64,000 nucleotides of DNA from an uncultured Gemmatimonadales bacterium. Lineage in GTDB: Bacteria; Gemmatimonadota; Gemmatimonadetes; Gemmatimonadales; GWC2-71-9. Under the pieces are notes generated by a model. It was given only the letters and a program-made list of their open reading frames with translations. It made no database searches and was not told the origin of the DNA. A program made the position numbers and the translations under genes. Positions within the stretch are counted from its first letter, which is position 1. Each line of letters starts with the position of its first letter. The DNA lies in assembly GCA_963779755.1 (NCBI GenBank), contig CAVZZO010000001.1, positions 1,248,001 to 1,312,000 on the forward strand, read 5' to 3'. Below are positions 20,164-29,669 of the stretch, one piece after another.

Positions 20164-21120
20164 TCAGTGCCGGTTGCGCGGCAGGTAGTCGCCGCTTTTG
20201 AGGTCTCGGGCCCAGGCCTCGAAACCCGGGGCGATGTCCTCCAGGGATGGAAGCAGCGACGCGGTGTTCCACCCGGCCGCCTTCTCCCACACGAGGCGGT
20301 TCTTCAGCATCCGCAGGAAGTCGAGCCCATGCTCCTCGTAGACCGCGGCGGCTCTGAGGTTGAGCAGGTTTTGATACCAGCCGTACGTCCGGGCGATCTC
20401 ATCCGGGGGCAGGTCGTTCATAAACCCCCAGTCCAGCGACAGCACGGAGGGCGTGAAGCTCTCGATGACCCCCACCCACGTCGCCTTCGCCGCCTCGGCC
20501 CACTCGCCGTCGGAAACATGGAGGTAAGCATAGGCGAAGTAATTGGCGAGGAGCTCGTCGAACCAGGAAACCGGGAGATCATTGCGATCATCGGCAGGCC
20601 GGAAGTATGCCTTGGCGGCGAGGTGGCCATACTCATGCAACAGGATGAAATCCGCCCGGCGTCGATCTTCCAGCTCACTCGGGCCCTGAACCAGGAACCC
20701 CTCTTTGAGCGATGATGGCATGAAGATCAGCCGCTCAGGAATGGAGGCCCACGGGATGGCGTAGGGAATGCCGGGATGTTCGGAGAACCAGTGCTCCGGC
20801 CCGAGGGCGGCTATCCGGACGTCGAAGGCGATTCCGAGTTCTCGCTCGAAGAAGGCGGCCGCCGCTTCGCAGAGACTGGCGAGTTGTCCCGCTCTTTCCC
20901 GGTCAGCCGAAGCGAAGTACACAGTGACGCGCCCGACCTTCATTGTGTCAAGGCCGAGCGCCTCGACCCTGGCGAGCGGCGAGGGGTCCTGACCCTGTGC
21001 CGGGGCGGCAGATAGTGTGCCGGCCAGCAGGAGGCCACCTGCCATCATGCGGACGAGGGCTGCACCCGTGCGGCGCGGCGCGTTAGGGAAATGATGGTCA
21101 GACGTGGCACGTCTCCTCAT
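20164..21120 (-). CDS. Exported putative zincin (HExxH...E) metallopeptidase
   Basis: LLHEYGH followed by WFDELLANY; N-terminal signal ending AQG; start uncertain. Confidence 0.6.
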   Translation of the reverse strand: MRRRATSDHHFPNAPRRTGAALVRMMAGGLLLAGTLSAAPAQGQDPSPLARVEALGLDTMKVGRVTVYFASADRERAGQLASLCEAAAAFFERELGIAFDVRIAALGPEHWFSEHPGIPYAIPWASIPERLIFMPSSLKEGFLVQGPSELEDRRRADFILLHEYGHLAAKAYFRPADDRNDLPVSWFDELLANYFAYAYLHVSDGEWAEAAKATWVGVIESFTPSVLSLDWGFMNDLPPDEIARTYGWYQNLLNLRAAAVYEEHGLDFLRMLKNRLVWEKAAGWNTASLLPSLEDIAPGFEAWARDLKSGDYLPRNRH

Positions 21121-21145
21121 GATCGTCCCCCCTGTTTCCGGCGGT

Positions 21146-22597
21146 TCAATAGGCACTCTCCCGTGCCGTCGCCTTCCTGGCCGTCGCCACGAGTTTGTCG
21201 AGCGCCGCGCGATCGAACAGCCTTCCAGCGAGAACGACGGCGGCGATGCGCATGGTGTTCCGGATGTCCTCGAGGGGGTTGGCGTCGAGCAGCACCAGGT
21301 CCGCCAGCTTGCCCGGCGCGACCGTGCCAAGGGAATCCGTTGCCTCCAGGAAACGCGCCGGGTTGAGCGTGGCCGTTCGCAGCGCCTCCAGAGGGGTGAG
21401 CCCCGCGCCGACAAGCAGTTCGAGCTCCTTGTGGAGGCTGTACCCGGGAACGACGAGGGAATTACCGAGATCAGTGCCGGCGAGCAGCGGAACGCCCGCG
21501 CGGTGGAGGGCGCTCACCATCGCGGTGTCGGCGGTCAGGATCGCCTTGTCCGTCTCCCGTGGCCCCTCCGGAGATGCATGGGCCTCGTCGGACCATCGCC
21601 GCAACTGATCCGGTGGTACGGCGGCGCGCACCGCGGAGTCGTTGAGCAGGGAGTCCGGATACACGGCCGCCCAGGGGATCGCCAGATCCGGCATGACCCA
21701 GGTGCCGTTTCGAAGCAGTGCCCGGATGGCGGGCGCGCACTGCCCGGGATTCCACGTGCGCGCGAGCGCTGCCTGGATGCCCACGTATTCCTGGTAGCTC
21801 GATGGCGGGTTCGTGGCCATCCTGGATCGAATGGAATCGCCGACGGATGAGCAGTCGAGGAAGAATGTGTCCGGATGCTCGATGCTGCGTTGGCCGGCGT
21901 CGGCCGCTTCGGCGACCCGAACGGACGTCGGCACGTGACCGACGAACGGAATCCCGCGCTGCTTCGCCTGGTCGGCGATGGCGAAGTATACATCCCGCGG
22001 CAGCCGATCGTACACCTTGATGAAATCGGCGCCACCCGCAGCCAGCGAGTCCACCGCGGCACGCGCGGCCGCCGGCGTGCCCAGGGCCACAGACCCCCGA
22101 TGGACCGGCACCGGTCCGTCGACGACGGGGCCGTTGGCGATAAAGCGCGGACCGGGCAGGCTTCCGTTCGCGACTCGGCGTTTGATCGCCTGCGTGAGCT
22201 CGAGCGCGGTATCGACGCTGGTGTGCATGTTGCGGACACCGGTGATCCCGAGTGCGATGAAGAGCGGGAAGTGCCATGCGACGTTCGCCGCCGAGTGCAC
22301 GTGCATGTCCCACAGGCCGGGGATTAGGTACCTGCGCGTCCCGTCGACCACCTGGGCGCAGCGGCCCGGGTCCACATCGGCGGACGGAGCGACCCGGGTG
22401 ATGCGGTCTCCACGGATGACCACCGACCGGTCGCGCGTCAGCGCGCCCGTCCTCGTATCCAGGACCGTAACCTGCGTGATGCAGAGCGGCTCCCCGGCAA
22501 GTCCGGGGCTGTCCTTCCGTAGAAAGGCCTGGTCCTGCGCCACCGCCGCCGCCGCCCACAGGCTCACGATGATCGCCGCGAAGATGACTGATCGCAT
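21146..22597 (-). CDS. Exported amidohydrolase-family protein
   Basis: Signal peptide, PGLWDMHVH, DFIKVY, GH, EH, AGTD, GKLADLVLL. Confidence 0.9.
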   Translation of the reverse strand: MRSVIFAAIIVSLWAAAAVAQDQAFLRKDSPGLAGEPLCITQVTVLDTRTGALTRDRSVVIRGDRITRVAPSADVDPGRCAQVVDGTRRYLIPGLWDMHVHSAANVAWHFPLFIALGITGVRNMHTSVDTALELTQAIKRRVANGSLPGPRFIANGPVVDGPVPVHRGSVALGTPAAARAAVDSLAAGGADFIKVYDRLPRDVYFAIADQAKQRGIPFVGHVPTSVRVAEAADAGQRSIEHPDTFFLDCSSVGDSIRSRMATNPPSSYQEYVGIQAALARTWNPGQCAPAIRALLRNGTWVMPDLAIPWAAVYPDSLLNDSAVRAAVPPDQLRRWSDEAHASPEGPRETDKAILTADTAMVSALHRAGVPLLAGTDLGNSLVVPGYSLHKELELLVGAGLTPLEALRTATLNPARFLEATDSLGTVAPGKLADLVLLDANPLEDIRNTMRIAAVVLAGRLFDRAALDKLVATARKATARESAY

Positions 22598-22753
22598 AGC
22601 CTGTCGCTCCTACCACCGGCCGCGGGCAAAATCGGCCATGCCGACGATGGAGATTCACGTGCACCCGTCCCCGCGTCTGTCCGCACCGGAGAGTCGGGCC
22701 TATAATAGGACAACGGCCTCAACGGCCGGTCATCGTCTCCTCAAAGGCTCGCC

Positions 22754-25228
22754 ATGCCACGACTTGCTGCCCTCGGAGGCCTGGCACTGCTCGACGGCCA
22801 GGGCCTGCTCGTCGGGTCGGCCGGGCGGGGCCGGAACCTGGCCCTGCTCGCGATCCTGTCTCGCTCCGGAGAGGCGGGGCTCGGACGCGAGAAGATCGCC
22901 GCTCTCCTCTGGCCCGAGCGCGACGAGGAGCACGCCCGCCACTCCCTGGACCAGGCCGTCTACAGCCTCCGCCGGGCCTTCGGCGCGGATGTCGTCGTGA
23001 CGCGAGCCGGCTCGCTGACACTGAATCCGGCCGTCGTCACCAGCGACGTCGCAGCGTTCGAGCGGGCCCTGGAGGTGGGGGAGGAGGAACGGGCCGTCGA
23101 GCTGTACGCCGGTCCCTTTCTCGACGGCTTCCACCTGGACGCCTCGCCCGAGTTCGAGCAGTGGGTCGACCTCGAGCGCGCGCGCCTCCAGCGGGCGTAC
23201 CTGAGCGCGCTGGAGCGGCTCGCGAAGGCGGCCGAGGACCGGGATGCGCGCGCCGACGCAATTCGATACTCGCGGAGCCTCGCCGATGCGGAGCCGCTGA
23301 GCGCGCGGCTGACGCTCCGTCTCATGCGTGCACTGGAAGGCGCGGGAGATCGGACGGGGGCCCTGGAGGTGGCGATGGCGCATCGGGCGCGCGTGCGAGA
23401 GGAGCTCGACGCCCCACCCGAGCCTGCCGTGGCAGCGTACGAGAAGGAGCTCCGCCGCGAGCCCGAGTCCCGCCCGTCCGCGGCAACCGGAGCGAGCGCG
23501 ACCTCCGGGCAACCCCCGGGACCCGGCGGAGGGGCTGCGGCTCCGCAGGCCGCCAGGAAAGGCCGCCGCTGGCGAGTCGCTCTTGGACTCGGCCTCGGCA
23601 CGGCCACGCTGCTCGTAGCGGGAGCGCTCCTCTCTCCCCAGGGCGGGCGGGGCCCGCCCGGCGCGCTCCCGCGGGTGGCGGTCCTTCCCTTCGAGAACGA
23701 GACGGGCGACCCGGCCTTCCGGGCCCTCGGTCGGATGGCCGCCGACTGGATCACCGAGGGACTGGTGCGGACCGACCTGGTGCAGGTGGTCGAACCGGCG
23801 AGGGCAGGGGAGGCGGAAAGCGTCGTGGCCGGCCGCATCTACCGGACGGCCGACAGCATCTGGCTCCGGGCGCGCGTCACACGCCCCCGGAACGGCCTGG
23901 TGCTGAGCGTGCTGGATCCGGTCGGGACCCGCTCCACGCGGCCGGCCCTGGCCCTCGAGCCGCTGCGAGACGGGATCCTCGGGGTGCTGGGGACACTCTA
24001 CGACCAGCGAATCTCCGGCTGGGCCGGAGCGGACGCACACCCACCCTCATACGCCGCGTATCGGGAGTTCGCCGAGGGGATCGAGCGGGTTTCGCTTCCT
24101 CGGGACCTCCCGGGCGCTGCCGAACACTTCCGGCGCGCATCCGACCTGGATCCCGAGTACCTGCTTCCGCGCCTGTGGCTCACCTGGACGCGCATCATGG
24201 CCGGCGACTTCGAACGGGCCGACTCCCTGGCGGAAGCCCTGCGGAGCGCGCGCCCCCGAATGTCCCGCCTGGAGAACGCCTGGCACAACCGTATCGTTGC
24301 CCTGCTGGCGGGAGACAACGAGGGCTCCTTCCGGGCCGCCCTCCGGATGGTGGAAGCCGCTCCGGGTTCGGGCTGGGCCATCGCGCTTGCCAACGCGGCC
24401 CTCGACACGAATCGCCCCTCCGTCGCGATCTCCGCGCTGCTCGCCGCCGCACCTGAGGGGCTGGGGCTCGAGAGCGCGTACGGGCAGTTCCTGCTCGCCG
24501 CCGCCTACCATCTGGTGGGCAACTACGACCGGGAGCTGGAGGTCACCGAGGAGACCGTGCGGGCCCACGGGCTGGGATGGGGATTCGTCGGCCCCGGGAT
24601 CCCAGGCCTCGCCGCCCTCGGGAGAATCGACGAGCTGCAGCGCCGTCTCGAGGAGCTGCAGGACGCCCCCTCGTTGGAGGGGGGGCGTCCCGCCGGGCCG
24701 ACTGCCCTGCTCACGGCAGTGACGGAGCTCCGGACGCACGGCTTCACACGTCAGGCGGAAGCGCTCTTCCGCAGGTGGTCGGGCGAGGACGGCGGGCGGG
24801 ACCGGATCGGAGCATGGACGGATTCCGCCGCCCTGCCGATCCGGATCGACCTCCTGTACGAGGCGGGTCGGTGGGACGCCGCGGCGGGCCTGCTTTCCGA
24901 ATTACCGAGGCGGGGCGATCACGACCTCTTCCCCGAAGGGATGCGCGGCCTGCTCGCGGCCCGGGTAGGGGATACGGCCACGGCACGGCGGATTGACCGC
25001 GAGCTGGCCCGGCTCGATCGGGAGTCCTACCGCTTCGGCGAGCCCACGTTCTGGCGCGCTCGCCTCGCCGCCGTGCTCGGGAGGCGTGCCGAGGCGGTCT
25101 CTCTGCTTCGTCAGGCCTTTGGCGAAGGCCAGGGAGCGCCGGCCTGGTACCGGGTCCACGCCGGCCGGGACTTCGACGTGCTGAAGGACCGCGAGGACTT
25201 CCGGCAGCTCATCCGGCCGCGGCCCTGA
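22754..25228 (+). CDS. Membrane-anchored BTAD/SARP-type regulator with TolB-N-like and TPR-like C-terminal region
   Basis: wHTH (R...ALLWP), D...FE, LY.GPFL.G, FEQW...ER (BTAD); TM helix; VAVLPFEN; helical repeats. TATAAT at 22701-22706 upstream. Confidence 0.85.
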   Translation: MPRLAALGGLALLDGQGLLVGSAGRGRNLALLAILSRSGEAGLGREKIAALLWPERDEEHARHSLDQAVYSLRRAFGADVVVTRAGSLTLNPAVVTSDVAAFERALEVGEEERAVELYAGPFLDGFHLDASPEFEQWVDLERARLQRAYLSALERLAKAAEDRDARADAIRYSRSLADAEPLSARLTLRLMRALEGAGDRTGALEVAMAHRARVREELDAPPEPAVAAYEKELRREPESRPSAATGASATSGQPPGPGGGAAAPQAARKGRRWRVALGLGLGTATLLVAGALLSPQGGRGPPGALPRVAVLPFENETGDPAFRALGRMAADWITEGLVRTDLVQVVEPARAGEAESVVAGRIYRTADSIWLRARVTRPRNGLVLSVLDPVGTRSTRPALALEPLRDGILGVLGTLYDQRISGWAGADAHPPSYAAYREFAEGIERVSLPRDLPGAAEHFRRASDLDPEYLLPRLWLTWTRIMAGDFERADSLAEALRSARPRMSRLENAWHNRIVALLAGDNEGSFRAALRMVEAAPGSGWAIALANAALDTNRPSVAISALLAAAPEGLGLESAYGQFLLAAAYHLVGNYDRELEVTEETVRAHGLGWGFVGPGIPGLAALGRIDELQRRLEELQDAPSLEGGRPAGPTALLTAVTELRTHGFTRQAEALFRRWSGEDGGRDRIGAWTDSAALPIRIDLLYEAGRWDAAAGLLSELPRRGDHDLFPEGMRGLLAARVGDTATARRIDRELARLDRESYRFGEPTFWRARLAAVLGRRAEAVSLLRQAFGEGQGAPAWYRVHAGRDFDVLKDREDFRQLIRPRP

Positions 25229-25270
25229 TGCCGACCGCCGCGTCTCGAGGAGCTTGACAGGTTTGCCGAG

Positions 25271-25343
25271 CCTCGACCCTCTCGACTCTCTCGACCCCCT
25301 CAGGCAGGTACGACAGGGTCGAGGGGCTCGTGAGGTTCGAGGG
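25271..25343. repeat. Inverted tandem 9-mer element (CTCGAC family) between convergent genes
   Basis: cctcgaccctctcgactctctcgacc...gggtcgagggg...ttcgaggg. Confidence 0.8.
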
Positions 25344-25360
25344 CTTCAGCAACTCATCCC

Positions 25361-26182
25361 CTAGTCCGGCCCCTCCCCGCCCACCAGATCCTCCACCGTC
25401 CCGCGCCGGTAGCCCGACGGAATCGCGAACTTGCTGTCCGGCACGGCTCGAGGCTCCCAGCTCAGCACCTCCTCTACCACGTAGTCTCCCGCCGGCCTGC
25501 CGCCCGCCAGTTCCAGGGTCTGGATCATGACGGGGAAGCCTCGCTCCGTAAGGCCGGCCATCACGGCATCGGCCGGCTGGTCGCCGTCGGTGGTCGGCGC
25601 GCGAGTGGCCCGCGCCAGGTCCGCGAAGAACCGTTGGAGGTTGGCGGGCCGCGATGAGAGCCACGCCACCGTGATGCCGTCTTCATCGCGCGTCTCCCAG
25701 CCGGTCGTCTGGAATCCGTTGATGGTCCGGGTCTGACCGTTCTCCCTCAGGCTGGCGTCGGCGCTGTCGGCGGCGGCATTGGCGTCGGCGTAGAACGCGT
25801 CGGCGCTATCGCCCGACCACTCCACGTACACTCGTTCCGCCGGCTGGACCGCGAGATAGCTCCGGCGGCCCAGGTCCATGACGGTGTATCCCTCGCCGGG
25901 ATCCCCGGGGTCGAGCCGGATATGCTGGCCCTTGATCGTGAAGGTCTGGAGCTCTACCTCGGCCAGGGAATCGCCCTCGGGCGTCTGCATTGCCAGCAGG
26001 CGGGCGGGCGGCAGGGCCAGAAGCTGGTCGGGGGAGAGTTGCGCCAGCTCCGGAGTCATGGTCGGATCCACGGTGATGATCCGCATCCGCAACACGCCCT
26101 CGGCCTGCTGGCCCATGAGCGTGGAGGAGCCCGCAACTGCAAGAATCAGCAGGGGAAGGACGGCTCGGCTGTAGGTACGCAT
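25361..26182 (-). CDS. Exported protein, DUF4412-like
   Basis: Signal peptide; G.T.TING, W, GFP, VPDS.F.IP.GY C-terminus. Confidence 0.65.
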   Translation of the reverse strand: MRTYSRAVLPLLILAVAGSSTLMGQQAEGVLRMRIITVDPTMTPELAQLSPDQLLALPPARLLAMQTPEGDSLAEVELQTFTIKGQHIRLDPGDPGEGYTVMDLGRRSYLAVQPAERVYVEWSGDSADAFYADANAAADSADASLRENGQTRTINGFQTTGWETRDEDGITVAWLSSRPANLQRFFADLARATRAPTTDGDQPADAVMAGLTERGFPVMIQTLELAGGRPAGDYVVEEVLSWEPRAVPDSKFAIPSGYRRGTVEDLVGGEGPD

Positions 26183-26247
26183 GGATGCGGCAGATCGCCG
26201 CGGGGTGGAGACCAGGGAAATCTAGCGTGCTGCTGACCGGTTGCTAA

Positions 26248-26395
26248 GGAGGTGGCGGCGGCATTGCCCTTGAACCTTGGCGTCCGGGCAGCCGACCGCA
26301 GCAGCCTGCCGGTTTCGCCCCTCCCGACTCTGGTGGGAAGATCCCCATACCGCGGGGGTAGGAACGCCGCTTGCGACTGCGAGGAGGCTACTTCT
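26248..26395 (+). ncRNA. Candidate structured RNA, possibly 6S RNA
   Basis: Intergenic; hand-folded end-to-end stem (GGAGGUGGC/GCUACUUCU), CCCUUGAACC motif, apical stem and 3' side hairpin. Confidence 0.4.
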
Positions 26396-26422
26396 GCGGC
26401 TCCGCAGATGACGGAATGACTG

Positions 26423-26962
26423 TCATTCTGTGCGCCTCCGTGTATCCACCGCAATCCAGTTCTCGATCCAGGTGTGACCGCCGTCGGAGGAATAGGATTG
26501 TGCGAAGTGTGCCGAGCTCGCGGTGACCTGAGAGATCACAAATCGGACCAGCACGAAACGGCCGTCCACGGTGTCTTGTCCGTAGAACACGCCGCGGCCG
26601 TGCTCGAAACCGCCGTAAACGGGCGATGTCAGCACACCGTCGCGCATGTTCGCGAAGTTGAGGCTCCATTGGTGCGATTGTGGGTTGTACAGCCTGAGCG
26701 ACACGCCTTGGATCCGGCGCTCGCCGCTGGCGACGTCGAGATCGACCAGATTGGCGCGCCCATCCGCGAAGGCGCGCACGGTCGACGTGCCGCGAAACTC
26801 CGTCCACGCAGCATCCTCCGATAGGGGCGCGCGCACGCGGACCTGGGTTTCCCAAGTGCCGATCTCCCAGTCGAAGGCGCGCGCGCCATCGGCCTGCTGC
26901 GCCGCGGCCGAACTGGCGCAAGCGGCCACGAGCAGGACAAGCGGAGAGAACATTCTCAGCAT
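26423..26962 (-). CDS. Exported hypothetical protein (DUF1579-like)
   Basis: FDW.IGTW, G.S.R.Y.P....W, S.DGG.TW..NW. Confidence 0.7.
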   Translation of the reverse strand: MLRMFSPLVLLVAACASSAAAQQADGARAFDWEIGTWETQVRVRAPLSEDAAWTEFRGTSTVRAFADGRANLVDLDVASGERRIQGVSLRLYNPQSHQWSLNFANMRDGVLTSPVYGGFEHGRGVFYGQDTVDGRFVLVRFVISQVTASSAHFAQSYSSDGGHTWIENWIAVDTRRRTE

Positions 26963-27108
26963 GACGTCATCGTTTGGTCAAATTGTCGGGATCATCGATT
27001 GCCACGACTTCGAAACCGATGCTGCTCAGGCCTTCTTCTCGGATCCGCGCCCCGACTCGGGTGGGCCGGGTCGGCATCCAGGGCTTGCATCTTGGACGTC
27101 GAACTCGC

Positions 27109-27963
27109 CTAGCGCCCCCACATCACCTGGATGTCGCCCACTGCGCTGGTTACGGTGATGTCAAGGTGGTGCGGATGGGCGGCATAGCCCTCGGAGAGAT
27201 AGCGGTCGCCCTGTTTCATGAACCCGCCGGGGTTGAAGCTGGCGAGGAACCGGTCGAGATGGATCGCCACGCCCATGTCCCGGGGCAGCCGCAGGTGCAG
27301 TCCTCCCAGCGCCAGCTTGATGGAGACCTGCACATCCTCTTTCCAGGCGCCGGTCAGATCGAGCCTGACCTCTCCCATCCCCCCCTGGAAGGTGATCTGC
27401 CGGCACCGGCTGTTGCCCAGAGTCGCGGTGGTGAACTCGGCGGCGCCGGCATTGAGGTTGAGAGCCTCGCAGACGGCGGGGTTGGGCCGGGAGAAGCGCA
27501 GCCGCGTCTTGCTCGCAGCGGTGCCGATGGTGGCCTGCCGTAGGCGCAGCCCGCCCAGGTCCAGATCGGCCTCGGCGGCGCCGAGGCTGGCGTCGAGCTC
27601 GAGGGGCACCTGGGGCGAGAGCGCCAGCTCGGCGTGCTGCTGCAGCTGTCTCCGGCTGCTGACCCGGATGCCGCCCCCGCCGGCGCTCTCCAGGCCGAGC
27701 ACTGCCTGGCCGGTGGCCGGGTCATAGCTGGTGAGCGGCTCGAAGCGCTCGGCATCGTAGGTGAGTCGCAGGTCGTACAGCATATCCGAGCGGCTGGCCG
27801 AGACCGACAGGCTCCCCGCCGCAAACTCGATCCGCGCGCGAAGGACGGATTCTCCGTGGTACTGCCGGGCCGCCGTAGCGGTGCGCATCTGCTGGGCACG
27901 CGCCGGGGCTGGTGCCAGGCTTGCGATTGCCGCAACGAGCAACAGACCGCGACACGGAGACAC
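27109..27963 (-). CDS. Exported beta-repeat envelope protein (LiaF/DUF2154-like)
   Basis: Signal peptide; repeated LDL..L, G.G...L units; start uncertain (GTG 27963 versus TTG 28017). Confidence 0.65.
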   Translation of the reverse strand: MSPCRGLLLVAAIASLAPAPARAQQMRTATAARQYHGESVLRARIEFAAGSLSVSASRSDMLYDLRLTYDAERFEPLTSYDPATGQAVLGLESAGGGGIRVSSRRQLQQHAELALSPQVPLELDASLGAAEADLDLGGLRLRQATIGTAASKTRLRFSRPNPAVCEALNLNAGAAEFTTATLGNSRCRQITFQGGMGEVRLDLTGAWKEDVQVSIKLALGGLHLRLPRDMGVAIHLDRFLASFNPGGFMKQGDRYLSEGYAAHPHHLDITVTSAVGDIQVMWGR

Positions 27964-28094
27964 GGAGGCACGGAATAGTGCGGGGCAGGTTCGATAGCTG
28001 CTGGTCCGGTATTTCAAATCATTTCCCTGGTGGTTCTTTCCGTGTGGCTTCCTGTAACCGCTCCGTGTCTCCGTGTCTCCGTGTCGCAGTTAGC

Positions 28095-29669
28095 TCAGAG
28101 CGGAGGTGGGGTTCGGTGGGAGCCCGGGCGCCGGGCGGCGGGCACGCCGAACTGGGGCGTGGCCCACAGATATTCGTCGGTCAGCGCCTCGGCCGGGATG
28201 AGCCGGCCGGCGAAGGACTCGCGCGCGCCGGCGCGGGAGAGCAGCGTCGCGCCGAAGCCGGCCGTCCCCACCACCCAGGTGGCCAGAAAGGCGGACCCCT
28301 TGATCACCGCCCCGGCCACCGGCACCCAGCCGAAGAGGACCCAGGCGGCCCAGAGCACCAGCAGGCCGGCCAGGCCGGTAGCGACGTACCGATAGCTGTT
28401 CGCGGTCGTGATGGCGGCGCCCTGCGCCAGGCGCCGGCGGGTGTAGTTCTCGCCCATGGCGTGGGCCACCGCCAGAAACCCGCCCAGCACGCCGAGGATG
28501 ACCAGCAGGACGTAGACGATCACGGCAAAGGGCAGCAGCAGGACCCCGACCACGCTCAGAATGAGGCCGACCACCAGCATGCCGAAGGTGGGAAGCACCA
28601 GCATCTGGGCGACCAGGCCGGCCAGGAAGGCCCGCCCGAAGGAATGGCTCACGGTATCCGCAACGACTTCGAGATTGGAACGGGCGAAGAGCACCACGCC
28701 GAAGCCGATGACCAGCAGGGTCAGGAATACCCCCAGGAGGCCGGCCCCGTTGCGCAGGATGGCCAGTGGAGCGGAGGGGGCCTGCTCGGCTGCGGGCCGG
28801 GCCGGGGCCGGCTCCGCGCGCGACAGCGTGCGGATCTCTCCCCGTATCTGGCCGCCGGCATTGCGTACGCCGCCGTCGATGGCGAGCGCATCGCCGTCCA
28901 GTACCGCGCCGGTATGAATGATTACATCGCCGTCTACGGTGGCCAGATTGCCGCGCAGCGTGCCGTAGAGATCGGCATTGCCGTGCAGGACCAGGACATT
29001 GCCGGTGAGGGTCTCGTCCGACCCGATGATGTAATCGCCGAAGCGGGCCTGCCCGTTGGGCACCGTCACCCGCAGCCGGTCGGCGGGAACGGCGGCGGCT
29101 TCGCGCAGCTTCGGTTCCAGGCGGGTGGGATTGCTCAGATCGTCCAGGGCGATCGTCAGCCCGCCCTCGGCGGCCGGGGGAACGGGGCGGGCCTGCTGCT
29201 GCGGCGCTCCGGCCGTGAGCCGGGCGAAGCGGGAGCGGATCTTCCGCGCGGCCGGCGCTTCTTCATCGCTCAGGTCGGCCGGTTCCCAGTGCTGCGCGAT
29301 GCTGACGACATCGGGAGTGGCGCGGTGGCCGGCCTCGCGCACCAGCGCCGCCCAGGACGACTCCAGCTCGCCGCCCCGCGCATAATGGCCCACCAGTTCC
29401 TGGTCGATCAGGACATCGCCGTTCGCCAGCGCGATGGCCAGCTCGTGGTCATCTTCCAGGGTGAATCGGAGCGCGGCGGCGGCGGGGGCCAGCGCCACGG
29501 TATGCCCCTGGACATCCAGGGGATCCGGCTGGCCCAGCAGGTGCCGGAGGAACTCGAACGGGATGTGGAGACGGTCGCGGACCGGGCGGTGGCGGTTATC
29601 GGCCCGGAGGGCGCTCGCCGCGCCCGCCACCAGCAGCAGGGCGAGGAAAACCGGTCTAGACGCTCGCAT
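28095..29669 (-). CDS. Membrane protein with bactofilin-like (polymer-forming) beta-helix and C-terminal TM bundle
   Basis: GNVLVLHGNADLYGTLRGNLATVDGDV...GDALAIDG repeats; several TM helices. Confidence 0.75.
   Translation of the reverse strand: MRASRPVFLALLLVAGAASALRADNRHRPVRDRLHIPFEFLRHLLGQPDPLDVQGHTVALAPAAAALRFTLEDDHELAIALANGDVLIDQELVGHYARGGELESSWAALVREAGHRATPDVVSIAQHWEPADLSDEEAPAARKIRSRFARLTAGAPQQQARPVPPAAEGGLTIALDDLSNPTRLEPKLREAAAVPADRLRVTVPNGQARFGDYIIGSDETLTGNVLVLHGNADLYGTLRGNLATVDGDVIIHTGAVLDGDALAIDGGVRNAGGQIRGEIRTLSRAEPAPARPAAEQAPSAPLAILRNGAGLLGVFLTLLVIGFGVVLFARSNLEVVADTVSHSFGRAFLAGLVAQMLVLPTFGMLVVGLILSVVGVLLLPFAVIVYVLLVILGVLGGFLAVAHAMGENYTRRRLAQGAAITTANSYRYVATGLAGLLVLWAAWVLFGWVPVAGAVIKGSAFLATWVVGTAGFGATLLSRAGARESFAGRLIPAEALTDEYLWATPQFGVPAARRPGSHRTPPPL

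Noticed and set aside
20079..25260. Mobile element boundaries for the accessory block
   Set aside because: No integrase, transposase, tRNA target or direct repeats found by eye.
26190..26400. Cobalamin riboswitch, SRP RNA or tRNA for the structured intergenic region
   Set aside because: No B12 box/GCCACTG, no SRP GGAA-loop motif, no cloverleaf or TTCGA arm seen.
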